Source: an uncultured Nitrospirota bacterium (GTDB lineage: Bacteria > Nitrospinota > Nitrospinia > CAJXCL01). Taken from it: DNA of 64,000 nucleotides. Below are positions 46,581 to 57,148 of the stretch, piece by piece. Each line of letters begins with the position of its first letter. Position 1 is the stretch's first letter. Made by a program: the position numbers and the translations under genes. The notes below the pieces were generated by a model that saw nothing but the letters and a program-made list of their open reading frames with translations, searched no databases and was not told where the DNA came from. The stretch spans positions 5,499 to 69,498 of the forward strand of contig CAJXCL010000005.1 in NCBI GenBank assembly GCA_913051775.1, given 5' to 3'.

Positions 46581-47972
46581 ATGCAACAAGCTACAATTAT
46601 AAACTTATCTTATCTTATAGCGTCAGTTCTTTTTATTTTCGGATTGAAAGGTCTTACCCACCCCCGAACCGCGGTAAAAGGCAACCTTACAGCGGCAATT
46701 GCTATGCTGATTGCTGTAGTCGTAACACTGCTAGATCAAAATATTGTCGGCTTTGGAGTTATCATAGCCGGCATTATCATAGGCGGCGCGATAGGCATGC
46801 TCCTGGCTATAAAAATTAAGATGACAGACATACCGCAGCTAGTGGCGCTTTTTAACGGTTTTGGCGGCGGAGCTTCAGTTTTTGTCGCGGGCGCCGCGCT
46901 TATCGAAGTAAGCGTAAAGACAAAAAACCCTGAGCTGCATTTAACAGTTGCTACGGTAGTATCGGGTCTGGTAGGCGCGGTAACTTTCTGGGGAAGTCTT
47001 ATCGCCTTCGGAAAATTGCAGGGACTTAAGTTCGCTAATGATGTAAGGTTCCCGGGCCAGCAGCTTGTCAACTCCTTATGCGCACTTAGTGCAATCGGAG
47101 CGGGTATTCTTGTAGTTTTAAATCCTACGAGCATAATTTTTTACTGGCTGTTGGTAATTGTGGCGTCTGTCCTTGGAGTCCTTACTGTAATTCCTATTGG
47201 CGGGGCGGATATGCCGGTAGTTATCGCTCTTTTAAACTCCTATTCAGGGCTTGCAGCAGCCGCAACCGGATTTGTCTTAGGTAATAATATATTAATTATT
47301 GCCGGTTCACTGGTAGGCGCGTCCGGAATGATTTTATCATCTATTATGTGTAAGGCCATGAACCGGTCTCTCGGAAATGTTCTGTTCGGTGTGCTTGAGC
47401 CCACAGCAGATACGGCATCTGCCGATGAGGTATATGCCGGAAAAGTAAAATCCACTTCCGCGGATGAAGCTGCCATGCTTTTTGACGACGCAAGACGCGT
47501 TGTTTTTGTGCCTGGTTATGGAATGGCGGTTGCGCAGGCACAGCACGCAGTAAGAGACCTGGCAACCCTCCTTGAATCAAAAGATGTTGAAGTAGATTTT
47601 GCTATTCATCCGGTAGCAGGGCGAATGCCGGGACACATGAACGTGCTCTTAGCAGAAGCGGATATATCTTATGACAAGTTAAAAGAAATGGATGATGTCA
47701 ATCCTACTTTTCAACAGACAGATGTTGCAATTGTGTTAGGAGCTAATGATGTGGTCAATCCGGTAGCGCGTACTGATCCAAAAAGTGCTATTGCCGGCAT
47801 GCCGATTCTGGATGTTGATAAATCCCGCACAGTTATTGTAATTAAAAGGAGTTTAAGCCCCGGATTCGCCGGAATTCCCAATCCTCTTTTTGCCATGGAT
47901 AATACCCTGATGTTATTTGGTGACGCCAAAAAGGCAATCCTCGATCTGATTACAGCAATCAAAGAATCATAA
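46581..47972 (+). CDS. pntB: NAD(P) transhydrogenase subunit beta
   Basis: dII TM domain plus dIII NADP(H)-binding domain (GYGMAVAQAQH). Confidence 0.9.
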   Translation: MQQATIINLSYLIASVLFIFGLKGLTHPRTAVKGNLTAAIAMLIAVVVTLLDQNIVGFGVIIAGIIIGGAIGMLLAIKIKMTDIPQLVALFNGFGGGASVFVAGAALIEVSVKTKNPELHLTVATVVSGLVGAVTFWGSLIAFGKLQGLKFANDVRFPGQQLVNSLCALSAIGAGILVVLNPTSIIFYWLLVIVASVLGVLTVIPIGGADMPVVIALLNSYSGLAAAATGFVLGNNILIIAGSLVGASGMILSSIMCKAMNRSLGNVLFGVLEPTADTASADEVYAGKVKSTSADEAAMLFDDARRVVFVPGYGMAVAQAQHAVRDLATLLESKDVEVDFAIHPVAGRMPGHMNVLLAEADISYDKLKEMDDVNPTFQQTDVAIVLGANDVVNPVARTDPKSAIAGMPILDVDKSRTVIVIKRSLSPGFAGIPNPLFAMDNTLMLFGDAKKAILDLITAIKES

Positions 47973-48340
47973 AAAAATCGTTTCATTTTTTGGTTCAACC
48001 AGCAGAGCCTTCTTATATTCAACAATCGCCTTCACCCACTTCTTTTGCCTTCTAAGAGCAATACCCATGCGGTTATACACATGAACGTCCTCTTTTTGGG
48101 CCAATGACGTACGGAAAAACATTTCAGCCTCTTCGACCTTATCATTTTTCAAATATATTTCTGCAATGCCTTCGCCCAACCACCAGTTTCAAAAATATGG
48201 TTTTCTTCAATCCCTATATGTTTAAGCATTTTTTTTATGGCTCTTCTCATATTCGGCATATCATCGACAATAAAAACATTTCTTTCTTTAAAATACTCAA
48301 GAAGAGATTTTTTTCTGTATTTCCATTGTTATCAGAAGTT
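47967..48340 (-). pseudogene. Degraded gene: receiver-domain-like N-terminus (IVDDMPNMRRAIKKMLKHIGIEE) and TPR-like C-terminus in different frames
   Basis: Reverse-strand segments KKSLLEYFKERNVFIVDDMPNMRRAIKKMLKHIGIEENHIFETGG and WLGEGIAEIYLKNDKVEEAEMFFRTSLAQKED... (ORF 47967..48179) are in different frames. Confidence 0.3.
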
Positions 48341-48614
48341 CTTCGTTCATATATTTCATAAACCATTATGAAGGGTTAATCTTTTGTTTTACATATAGAT
48401 AGCTTATTCTATAATATTAACTTTAAAGTGATTAAATCAGCAAAAAGATTTTATTTAATAGTACACCTAAAATTCTGACATAAATAAATTGGAAACCGAA
48501 AGAAACAGATATATTTAAAAATTTTTTATCTTGTTGGTTCTTTCATAATTGCTTTATATGTTAAAATAGAATTTATTTTAAAAATATCTATACGGTAGAT
48601 ATTGGGATTTTATT

Positions 48615-51260
48615 ATGGCGTCTAAAGAAAAAACCCCCATGATGAAGCAGTATTTAGATGTTAAGTCCAAACATCCAGATTCTATTCTCTTTTTCCGGAT
48701 GGGGGATTTTTATGAGATGTTCTATGAGGACGCAAAAAAAGCCTCCCGGATTTTAGATATTGCCCTGACATCGAGGAATAAAAACGCCGCAGACCCTGTG
48801 CCTATGTGTGGAATTCCCTATCACGCTGCCGACAATTATATCGCCCGTATTATAAAAGAAGGACTTAAAGTAGCAATTTGCGAACAGGTGGAAGACCCGA
48901 AGTTAGCATCAGGAGTTGTCCGCAGGGAAGTTATCAGAATTGTGACTCCGGGAACAGTTATCGACTCATCCCTCCTTGACTCCAAAAGAAACAATTATTT
49001 AGGAGCGGTTTATCCTTTTAAAAATGCTTACGGCCTTGCTGTATTGGACATCTCCACAGGTGAATTCAAAATTACGGAATTTGCAGGTACTAACGCCTTT
49101 GAAGCCCTCTCTAATGAAATTGATACCCTTGACTTGGAAGAAATACTTTTCCCGGGAAATACCGCTGAAAAGGATTCTGGTTTAAATAGCATAAAAGCGC
49201 TAAATAATAAAATATATAACTCTTATGAAGAATGGGTCTTTGAATATGATATTGCGTATAGTGCACTTAAAAATCAGTTCCATACTATTTCTCTCGACGG
49301 ATTTGGATGTGAAGGATTGAAGTTGGCTATTCCAGCAGCCGGCGCAATTATCCATTATATAAATGAAACTCAAAAGTCCGTTCTGGAGCACATCAACCGC
49401 CTTTCTTACTATGACAAAAAGAATTATTTGGGACTTGATAGTTCCACAATCCAGAGTTTAGACCTGACTCACGAAAAAGGAAATATCAAAAAAGATTCTC
49501 TTTTGAGCCTCTTTGATAAAACAATTACTCCCATGGGAGCAAGAAAGCTAAAAGGTTGGATTTTAAAGCCTTTGATTGATTTAGAGCAGATAACTCTCCG
49601 CCAGAAGGTCGTAGAAGAGTTTGTAAAAAACATCTTTCTCAGGAGCGACATCAGGGACCTGTTAAAGGAAATCCATGATTTGGAACGGATTATCGGTCGA
49701 ATATCCTTCTCCCTATTTGGAGCAAGAGATATGATCGCATTAAAAAAGTCAGCCCTGATTTTGCCTAAGCTCTGGAGAAAATTAGAAGAGACATCATCAC
49801 ACCTCATACAGAAAATACTAATGGATTGGGACAACCTACTTGACTTGATCGATCTAATTGACAAAGCTGTTGTGGAAAATCCTCCCGCTGTAATGAAAGA
49901 CGGCGGGGTAATAAAAGATGGATTTAATAAAGAACTGGATGAACTGAGATCCATTCTGCGGGATGGAAAATCATGGATTAGCCGGCTGGAAGAACAGGAA
50001 AAGAAAAAGACAGGTATTACCACCTTGAAAGTTCGTTATAACAAGATTTACGGCTACTACATTGAAGTAACTAAGAAAAATCTGGATGCTGTACCGGAAA
50101 ATTACATCCGGAAACAATCGTTGGTTAATTGCGAGCGGTTTGTATCACAGGAATTGAAGAAATATGAAGAAAAAATCATGGGGGCGGAAGAAAAAATAAT
50201 CGCTCTGGAGAACAAAATCCTACAAATATTACGAGAAAAGGTAGCGAAAGAAGGAAAAAGAGTACAAAAAATGGCAGCTAAAATAGCGGAGATCGATGTT
50301 CTGCTGACCTTCTCGGAAGTTTCCTCAAAATATAATTACTCAAAACCGGAAATGAATAATGGGTTTGAACTAGTAATTACTGACGGCAGGCATCCTATTA
50401 TGGAAAGGATGGATCTGGAAACCAGGTTTATTCCTAATGATACTAATATGGATTGTGATCAAAACCGGATTATGATTATCACGGGTCCGAATATGGCAGG
50501 GAAGTCTACTTACCTGAGACAGGTAGCGCTGATTGTGCTAATGGCTCAGATGGGCTGCTTTGTGCCGGTAAAAGAAGCAAAGATAGGGATAGTGGACAAG
50601 ATATTCAGCAGAGTGGGAGCACAGGATAATATCCTGAAAGGACAGAGCACTTTTATGGTGGAGATGAATGAAACTGCTAATATCCTGAACAACGCCACTA
50701 ACAGAAGTCTTATTATTCTGGATGAAATCGGAAGGGGCACTTCTACCTTCGACGGGATTAGTATTGCCTGGTCTGTTGTCGAATACCTGCATGATAAATC
50801 AAAAGCAGGAGCAAAAACCCTTTTTGCGACTCATTACCATGAACTGACGGAATTATCTATGATTTTAGATGGGGTGAAAAATTATAACGTCCTGGTTCGT
50901 GAATGGAATGATAAAATCATTTTTCTCAGAAAAATCACGGAAGGGGGATCGGATAAAAGTTATGGAATTCAGGTAGCTCGGTTAGCGGGACTGCCGGACG
51001 AGGTTTTAAGCAGGGCTAAAGAGGTATTATCCAACTTAGAAAAAAAAGAATTCAATGAAGTAGGTATCCCAACACTTGGACAAAAGCAGGAATCCCCAGA
51101 TAATGAAGAGAAACAACCAGATCAACTCCAACTTTTCAGGGAAAAGCAAAATGATTTACTACTACAGGAATTAGAAAAAATTGACATTAACAGCACGTCA
51201 CCCATCAAAGCATTGAATATGTTGAATGAGCTGAAGAAGAAAATAAAGCAGGAGGAATAG
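48615..51260 (+). CDS. mutS: DNA mismatch repair protein MutS
   Basis: 881 aa, Walker A GPNMAGKST, intact across many homopolymer runs. TAG stop. Confidence 0.9.
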   Translation: MASKEKTPMMKQYLDVKSKHPDSILFFRMGDFYEMFYEDAKKASRILDIALTSRNKNAADPVPMCGIPYHAADNYIARIIKEGLKVAICEQVEDPKLASGVVRREVIRIVTPGTVIDSSLLDSKRNNYLGAVYPFKNAYGLAVLDISTGEFKITEFAGTNAFEALSNEIDTLDLEEILFPGNTAEKDSGLNSIKALNNKIYNSYEEWVFEYDIAYSALKNQFHTISLDGFGCEGLKLAIPAAGAIIHYINETQKSVLEHINRLSYYDKKNYLGLDSSTIQSLDLTHEKGNIKKDSLLSLFDKTITPMGARKLKGWILKPLIDLEQITLRQKVVEEFVKNIFLRSDIRDLLKEIHDLERIIGRISFSLFGARDMIALKKSALILPKLWRKLEETSSHLIQKILMDWDNLLDLIDLIDKAVVENPPAVMKDGGVIKDGFNKELDELRSILRDGKSWISRLEEQEKKKTGITTLKVRYNKIYGYYIEVTKKNLDAVPENYIRKQSLVNCERFVSQELKKYEEKIMGAEEKIIALENKILQILREKVAKEGKRVQKMAAKIAEIDVLLTFSEVSSKYNYSKPEMNNGFELVITDGRHPIMERMDLETRFIPNDTNMDCDQNRIMIITGPNMAGKSTYLRQVALIVLMAQMGCFVPVKEAKIGIVDKIFSRVGAQDNILKGQSTFMVEMNETANILNNATNRSLIILDEIGRGTSTFDGISIAWSVVEYLHDKSKAGAKTLFATHYHELTELSMILDGVKNYNVLVREWNDKIIFLRKITEGGSDKSYGIQVARLAGLPDEVLSRAKEVLSNLEKKEFNEVGIPTLGQKQESPDNEEKQPDQLQLFREKQNDLLLQELEKIDINSTSPIKALNMLNELKKKIKQEE

Positions 51261-51529
51261 AACGCAGATGACTTATATCGCAAGTTATTATAACAATGTT
51301 TTTTAGGGTCAAAGCTGAACTTTTTCCTGCCAACGGACCTTCATACATCAAGCCTCCTTTAGCAATAGTGAATATAGCAACACCATTATCATAGCCTGCG
51401 TCAGCGGAAACTCCAGAAATCAGTAACCGATTGCTGAAGGGTTTCTTTACGTCTTTTACGGTTTAACGATTTAAAAATGTCCTTCCTTATATCTTGGTGG
51501 TTAAACCTCCGGTGTGATAACATTTTAAT

Positions 51530-52201
51530 GTGAAATCGCAAGGCCAAAAAAGATTATTAAAGATATATAATCGGCTTTTTAAGCATTTTGGTCCACAGTC
51601 CTGGTGGCCGGGTGAGACTCAGTTGGAAATCTGCGTAGGGGCGATTTTGACTCAAAATACCGCCTGGTCTAATGTGGAAAAAGCGATCTCAAACCTGAAA
51701 AAAGAAAATTGTATGGAGCTGGGCCGATTAAAAGAGATAAAAATCAAAAAGCTCGCTTCTCTTATCAAATCTTCCGGTTATTTTAATGTTAAAGCAGAGC
51801 GATTAAAGTCGTTTATCGATTATTTTGCTAACCACCACAGGGGAAATTTTAAAAATCTCTTTAAAGAGAAACCTGAGGATGTCCGTCACTCCTTGTTATC
51901 CGTCAAAGGAATCGGACCGGAAACAGCCGATTCAATTCTTCTTTACGCGGGAGGAGTTCCAATCTTTGTTGTGGATACCTATACAAAAAGGATATTTTAC
52001 CGGCTAAGCTTAATCGTCAAAACCGCAACTTATGATGAAGTACAGTCTTTTTTTATGAAAAACCTGCCGCGTAAGACCAACCTATACAATGAATATCATG
52101 CGTTAATAGTGATGCTTGGCAAACATTACTGCAAACCAAACCCTGTTTGCAGCCCATGCCCTTTAAAAAAATGTCCGGCAAGAAAGAACAAAAAATTTTA
52201 G
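51530..52201 (+). CDS. HhH-GPD base-excision DNA glycosylase (endonuclease III-related) with 4Fe-4S loop
   Basis: ILTQNTAWSNV, GIGPETAD (HhH-GPD), CKPNPVCSPCPLKKC cluster. Confidence 0.75.
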   Translation: MKSQGQKRLLKIYNRLFKHFGPQSWWPGETQLEICVGAILTQNTAWSNVEKAISNLKKENCMELGRLKEIKIKKLASLIKSSGYFNVKAERLKSFIDYFANHHRGNFKNLFKEKPEDVRHSLLSVKGIGPETADSILLYAGGVPIFVVDTYTKRIFYRLSLIVKTATYDEVQSFFMKNLPRKTNLYNEYHALIVMLGKHYCKPNPVCSPCPLKKCPARKNKKF

Positions 52202-52698
52202 CAGACCCGTCGCTCGGAAGACTGTCCAAATGGCTCCGGATACTTGGTTTTGATACTGTTTATTTTTCCAACCCTTTAGATGAGCAGCAGTTTTTTGAAA
52301 AAGCAAGATATGAAAACCGTCTGATTCTTACCCGTAGTGGGAAAATAATAAGGCAGCTTAATAAAATAAATATTGAAACTGCCCAACCATCAGAAAGTTC
52401 CGATCTGTTAATAAATTATTATTTTATTACTCACAATCATATTTATGAACAATTAGAAGATCTAATAGGCAAAGAACTTATTCTTCAGCCAAAACATTTG
52501 TTTGCCCGCTGTTCGGAATGTAATGAAATTTTAAAGGAGATTAACAGGGAAGAAGTCCACGGTAAAGTTCCCGATTACATTCGGGAGACACAAGAGAGTT
52601 TTCGGCAATGCCCTCATTGCAAAAAAATCTTCTGGGAGGGGACACATTGTAAGAGAATGAAAGAGAAAATAAATAGATTGTATGGCAAAGAAATATAA
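52171..52698 (+). CDS. Mut7-C RNase domain (DUF82) protein
   Basis: LGRLSKWLRILGFDTVY...LILTRS...CSECN...CPHCKKIFWEGTHCKRM. The first Met may be 52147 or 52171. Confidence 0.7.
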   Translation: MSGKKEQKILADPSLGRLSKWLRILGFDTVYFSNPLDEQQFFEKARYENRLILTRSGKIIRQLNKINIETAQPSESSDLLINYYFITHNHIYEQLEDLIGKELILQPKHLFARCSECNEILKEINREEVHGKVPDYIRETQESFRQCPHCKKIFWEGTHCKRMKEKINRLYGKEI

Positions 52699-53193
52699 TC
52701 CTGAAACACATCATCGACGCTCCATTCGTCTTAAAGGATATGATTACCGACAGGCTGGGGTATATTTTATAACAATTTGTTCATGGGACAGGCAATGTAT
52801 GTTTGGCAATATTTTAAATAAAAAAATGCCGTTGAATAAATTCGGGCAGATTGTGGAAAAGGAATGGTTGCAAACAGGTGTCGTCCGGACGAATATAAAA
52901 TTGGATGTATTTATTGTAATGCCCAATCATATCCATGACATTACAATGTGATCAATAATGTTGTAGGAGCGATTATCGGACAATTTAAATCTATCGTTAC
53001 AAAACGAATCAATAAAATGCGTAACACCCGTGGTATTCCTGTCTGGCAACGCAATTATTATGGACATATTATCCGCAATAATGACAAACTGGATCGTATG
53101 CGTGAATACATCATTAATAACCCTGCAAAATGGGCAGAAGATGAAAATAATCCATTAATATTTGAGAAAACAGGAAAAGACATGCCAGGTTAA
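52682..53193 (+). mobile_element. REP-associated tyrosine transposase (RAYT)/IS200-like Y1 transposase, split by a 1-nt frameshift near 52945
   Basis: HRRSIRLKGYDYRQAGVYFITICS..R...FG...LNKFGQIVEKEW...LDVFIVMPNHIHDI (frame 2) then VGAIIGQFKSIVTKRINKMR...VWQRNYYGHIIRNNDKLDRMREYIINNP (frame 1). Confidence 0.65.
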
Positions 53194-53203
53194 CCATCAT
53201 TAA

Positions 53204-55153
53204 TTACAGAAACTGCTCATTAATGGTAATATTCGCGTTTTTTCTTAAATTTTCCAGCCATGCTGACAGCACTTCGTTCTGCTTATTCTCAAGAAAAGAT
53301 TTTAAAAAATCATCCCTTTCTTTTTTGTACATCTCCTCGTCAAATCCAGATCTTTCAATCATCAAAATGACGTAGTATTTCCCTGAAACAGGGACCACAG
53401 CAGATTCTTTCACCTTTAACTTAAAGGCAGCGTCTAACAAAGACCTGTTCATCCCGAACTTATTAATTGCTTGCTCCCGGTCAAAATAGAGCGTGTGTGA
53501 TACTTCAACCTCTGCCTGCGCTGCCAAAGCGTCTATAGGCTTACCTTCATCAAGTTCTTTCTTAAGACGATACGCTTCCTCTTTTGCAATTTTTTCTCTC
53601 TCAAACTGTGATAAAGATTTTTTTACCTCATCTTTAACTTCATCCAGTTCAGGTATATAAGACGCTTTTTTCTCTTTAAGCATGAGTAAATAGTATCCTT
53701 TTGCCGTTTCCACAAGGCGGCTAAGCTCATTATCCTTCAATAAAAAAGCTTCTGACTTGAATTGAGAAGATGTTCCGATCGTAGGAATTTCATGATCTTG
53801 CATACTAAAAAAATCTGTAGAATTTTTAATTAAAGAATCCTGAGAACCGGATTTTTTAAACTCATTAACAGGACTCGGATTTTTCAAAATTTGTAATAGG
53901 GATCGTTTCGAAAGTTTTTTGCTTTTTCTATCAATTAATTTCCCCTTGATTTCATCTTCCACATCACTTAGTGGCTTTGTGCCGGCCTCTTTTTTATCAG
54001 TTATTTTTATAATATGGTACCCGTGCTTTGATTCCACAACATCGCTTATTTCACCAACGTTAAGTGAAAAGGCAACATCTTCAAATTCTTTGATCATTCC
54101 CCCTCTGGAGAAATAGCCAAGATCTCCCCCTATACCCGCGTTCGAATGATCTTCTGAGTATTTTTTTGCCAATTCTTCAAAGTTTCCATTTTCCTTTACC
54201 TCTGTTAATATATCTTCCGCTTTTTTTCTTGCTTCCTCTTTTTGTTTCTCAAGATCCTCTTCAATTTTCTTTTTCATTTTTTCACTGTCTTCTAAATCAA
54301 CATTTACCGGTAAATTTTTAGTCAAAATATGACTGGCGCGCACTGACTCAGCAACAATAAACTCGTCCATGTGATCCGTGTAATAATTTTCAATACTCTG
54401 CTTACCTATTTTTATCTCTTTTCCAAATAAAACAGGATCAGCGAAAAGATATTCGACTTTAATCTGATCCGATTTTTTAAAACTTTCTTTTTCTTTTTTA
54501 AAATATTCGGAAACTTTTTCATCTGTTATTTTTTCTTTGCCCATAAAAAGATCGGGCGAAAGCACAAGATAATCCATATTTATTTTTTCATGCTTCCACT
54601 CATAGGCTTCTCGCATCTCCAGTTCTGAGACTTTAACGCTATTCCTTATTAAGCTTTCTGTTTTTTCCGTAAGCATAGCTGTTCGTTGATTGTTTTCAAA
54701 ATTTTTCGCTCCAATTCGATTATATTGCAGAAAATTATGGTAATAGCTTTTATCAAACTTCCCATCATTTTGAAACGCAGGTATACTTTTGATTCTTTCA
54801 ATCACTTCCTCATTGGATACTTCTATACCCATTTTTTTTGCTTCATTTAAAAGCAACTTCCTCTGGATTACAGAATTGAGCGCCGCTTTTTTCAATTGTG
54901 ACTGGGGTATTACATCTTCCACATTTCTGTCTTTCATAGCGTTTCTATAAATATTATATAAATTGTCAAGGGCCTCCCTGTATTCATCATAAGAAATTTT
55001 CTCATCAAGGACTTCCGCAACCATTCCCTGTCGCTCGGCAACCCGCCCCATACCCCACGAATAAAATATTGTCCCGACAAAAGCCGCCACAACCAACCAC
55101 AAAACCGATTTTATCAGCCAGGAGTGGGCATGTTCTCTCATTAACTTAAGCAT
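53204..55153 (-). CDS. ppiD: Periplasmic chaperone PpiD-like (SurA-N + parvulin PPIase domain)
   Basis: N-terminal TM anchor. VRASHIL parvulin motif. Confidence 0.8.
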   Translation of the reverse strand: MLKLMREHAHSWLIKSVLWLVVAAFVGTIFYSWGMGRVAERQGMVAEVLDEKISYDEYREALDNLYNIYRNAMKDRNVEDVIPQSQLKKAALNSVIQRKLLLNEAKKMGIEVSNEEVIERIKSIPAFQNDGKFDKSYYHNFLQYNRIGAKNFENNQRTAMLTEKTESLIRNSVKVSELEMREAYEWKHEKINMDYLVLSPDLFMGKEKITDEKVSEYFKKEKESFKKSDQIKVEYLFADPVLFGKEIKIGKQSIENYYTDHMDEFIVAESVRASHILTKNLPVNVDLEDSEKMKKKIEEDLEKQKEEARKKAEDILTEVKENGNFEELAKKYSEDHSNAGIGGDLGYFSRGGMIKEFEDVAFSLNVGEISDVVESKHGYHIIKITDKKEAGTKPLSDVEDEIKGKLIDRKSKKLSKRSLLQILKNPSPVNEFKKSGSQDSLIKNSTDFFSMQDHEIPTIGTSSQFKSEAFLLKDNELSRLVETAKGYYLLMLKEKKASYIPELDEVKDEVKKSLSQFEREKIAKEEAYRLKKELDEGKPIDALAAQAEVEVSHTLYFDREQAINKFGMNRSLLDAAFKLKVKESAVVPVSGKYYVILMIERSGFDEEMYKKERDDFLKSFLENKQNEVLSAWLENLRKNANITINEQFL

Positions 55154-55320
55154 AAAAAAATTCTCCTAAAAAAAATCCCAAACATATACAAAACAACCAC
55201 AAATTATATTTTACCTAATTAGTTAAATTAGCACTATTTATGGTCGCAGAGATTGATAAAACTATTCCAAAACATTAGCAAAACTCATGTAGAAAATCAA
55301 AAAAATTCCGGCTCATTCCA

Positions 55321-55976
55321 CTAAAGACAATAAAACAAGGTTATATATGCAACGATCTCATCGCTGATATCCACGTTAGGCATTTTCGAATCTTTTTTAA
55401 ATGCTGAGGAATCTTTGATTACTTTAAAAATTTCCTGTGGCTTCATTTTAAATTTTATATTGTCCAGTTGTGGTCTTGATTGATCACCAAGCATATATTT
55501 TTTTGTGACAGCTATTGCAACTGTATTTTTTGAAATAATTTTTCCCAATTTTGATTTCTCTTTCCTCTTTCGGAATTTCTATCTCTACTTCTTTTAAGCA
55601 GAGTAGTCTATCGGCTCTCCCTCGTTAGGGTGAAGGGTTCGCACATAACCGGCTAACACTCCAGCTTCATACTCAGAAAGGGTCTTTCTTCCCCACGAAG
55701 GCATAGCAATCGCTTTGTCCATCCCAGCGCCTCCTTTTGTAATAACGTTACCAATGCTTGATTGGATAATTTTGCCAAATATCTTTCTTCACTGTCATTC
55801 AAATCTCTCGGTTTGGGATTAAGGAATTCCGAGTTGACCCCATCACCCTTTCCTTTCTAACCATGACACTGAGTACAAAAATGAATAAAGAGTTTCTTTC
55901 CAATATCTTGCGGTTCTTCTATACCAGCGGAAACAAATGGGAAAAGTATAGATTGGCTCAACAGGCATATCAGCAA
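55321..55976 (-). pseudogene. Diheme cytochrome c4-like gene carrying an in-frame TAG and at least 3 frameshifts
   Basis: Domain 1: signal-like LLICLLSQSILFPFVSAG, then GKKLFIHFCTQCHG*KGKGDGVNSEFLNPKPRDLNDSEERYLAK, then a -1 shift in an A-run to IIQSSIGNVITKGGAGMDKAIAMPSWGRKTLSEYEAGVLAGYVRTL. Domain 2: IGKNYFKKYSCNSCHKK, then a shift in an A7 run to YMLGDQSRPQL...KMPNVDISDEIVAYITLF. Two CxxCH motifs. Confidence 0.5.
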
Positions 55977-56049
55977 AGCATCGCAAAGAAGCCGCTAACT
56001 ATTTGCAGTGAACCGTGGAAAGGACACTGAAGAAAATGAATTCATGGGG

Positions 56050-56895
56050 TCAATTGCCCATAGCACTATGAGCCAGGCGAAATCCGATGGAGTAGGATTG
56101 ATCACGCGGGGCATATTCGAGGCGCATGGTTGACCGGAGATGTTTCGGCAAATCCCCCCAGGAACCGCCCCGCAACACACGGTAAGACCCTTTCAAAGAT
56201 CCTTGAGGATTATCACGAGGACTTTTTTCATAATATTTTCTCCCATACCAATCAGATACCCATTCCCAAACATTACCCGACATATCATACAAACCAAGAG
56301 AATTCGGTTTTTTTGTTTTTACAGCATGGGTTTTCATTCCTGAATTATGCTCATGCCAGGCATGATCTTCCAATTCCTTAAAAATGCTTGTCCCTGACCA
56401 TACTACCCTTTTCCCTCTTCCCCGTGCCGAATATTCCCATTCCGCTTCTGTGGGAAGTCTATAATTCATACCGGTATTGCTGTTTAGCTTTTTAATAAAC
56501 TTCTCAATATCATTCCAGGATACTTTCTCAACGGGGCAGTCTTTCCCGCATTTATTAAAATTAGATGGATTATTTCCCATTATTTCCTGCCATTTCTCCT
56601 GTGTTACCTCATGCTCTCCAAGATAAAAATTACCCACACATACCTTATGGACAGGTCTTTCATCCGAATTTCCAACCTCATATGTGTCTCCCATATTAAA
56701 ACAATCTCCTTTGATAAAAATCATTCCTTCAATGGGCCTGTCATTGTTATGGGAAACGCCACTTACTTCAGGATCTGTCTTAATGACTTGAGAGTCTTCG
56801 GCAAAGGCACGCGATAAAGGCGCATGAATTAACAACATAACATTCATGTAAAAAATTATTCTAAATATGATTTTATTTATTATAAATCTTCGCAA
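56050..56895 (-). CDS. Formylglycine-generating enzyme (FGE/SUMF1) family protein, second copy
   Basis: GNVWEWVSDWY, RGGSWG, GFRLAH. N-terminal signal sequence. Confidence 0.8.
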   Translation of the reverse strand: MRRFIINKIIFRIIFYMNVMLLIHAPLSRAFAEDSQVIKTDPEVSGVSHNNDRPIEGMIFIKGDCFNMGDTYEVGNSDERPVHKVCVGNFYLGEHEVTQEKWQEIMGNNPSNFNKCGKDCPVEKVSWNDIEKFIKKLNSNTGMNYRLPTEAEWEYSARGRGKRVVWSGTSIFKELEDHAWHEHNSGMKTHAVKTKKPNSLGLYDMSGNVWEWVSDWYGRKYYEKSPRDNPQGSLKGSYRVLRGGSWGDLPKHLRSTMRLEYAPRDQSYSIGFRLAHSAMGN

Positions 56896-57032
56896 GAGAA
56901 CTTCCTATTTTCACATTCTCAATAAAAAAACATACAAACATCTCTCAGATATTGCAAATAAAAGTTTCAATAAATGGTTGAAAGAATAATTTTTCTATGA
57001 TAGACTTTAGCTCTTTTTTTTTGTTGAATTAA

Positions 57033-57072
57033 TTACTCTTAATTATATTAATTATATTAATTATATTAATTT
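57033..57072. repeat. Short AT-only tandem repeat (ATTATATTAATT x3)
   Basis: aattatattaattatattaattatattaatt in the spacer upstream of the small Zn-ribbon gene. Confidence 0.4.
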
Positions 57073-57148
57073 TTTTGTCAACTTTCCACTTCGAAACAGT
57101 GAGAAAGATGAGTTTTATAATTTAGTAAACTTTTTTTAAGGAATCCAA

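Noticed and set aside
51261-51529. Minus-strand protein-like reading (..FSNRLLISGVSADAGYDNGVAIFTIAKGGLMYEGPLAGKSSALTL..) downstream of mutS
   Set aside because: No start codon, no recognisable family, and only ~70 codons. Possibly another gene remnant, but the evidence is too weak to call.
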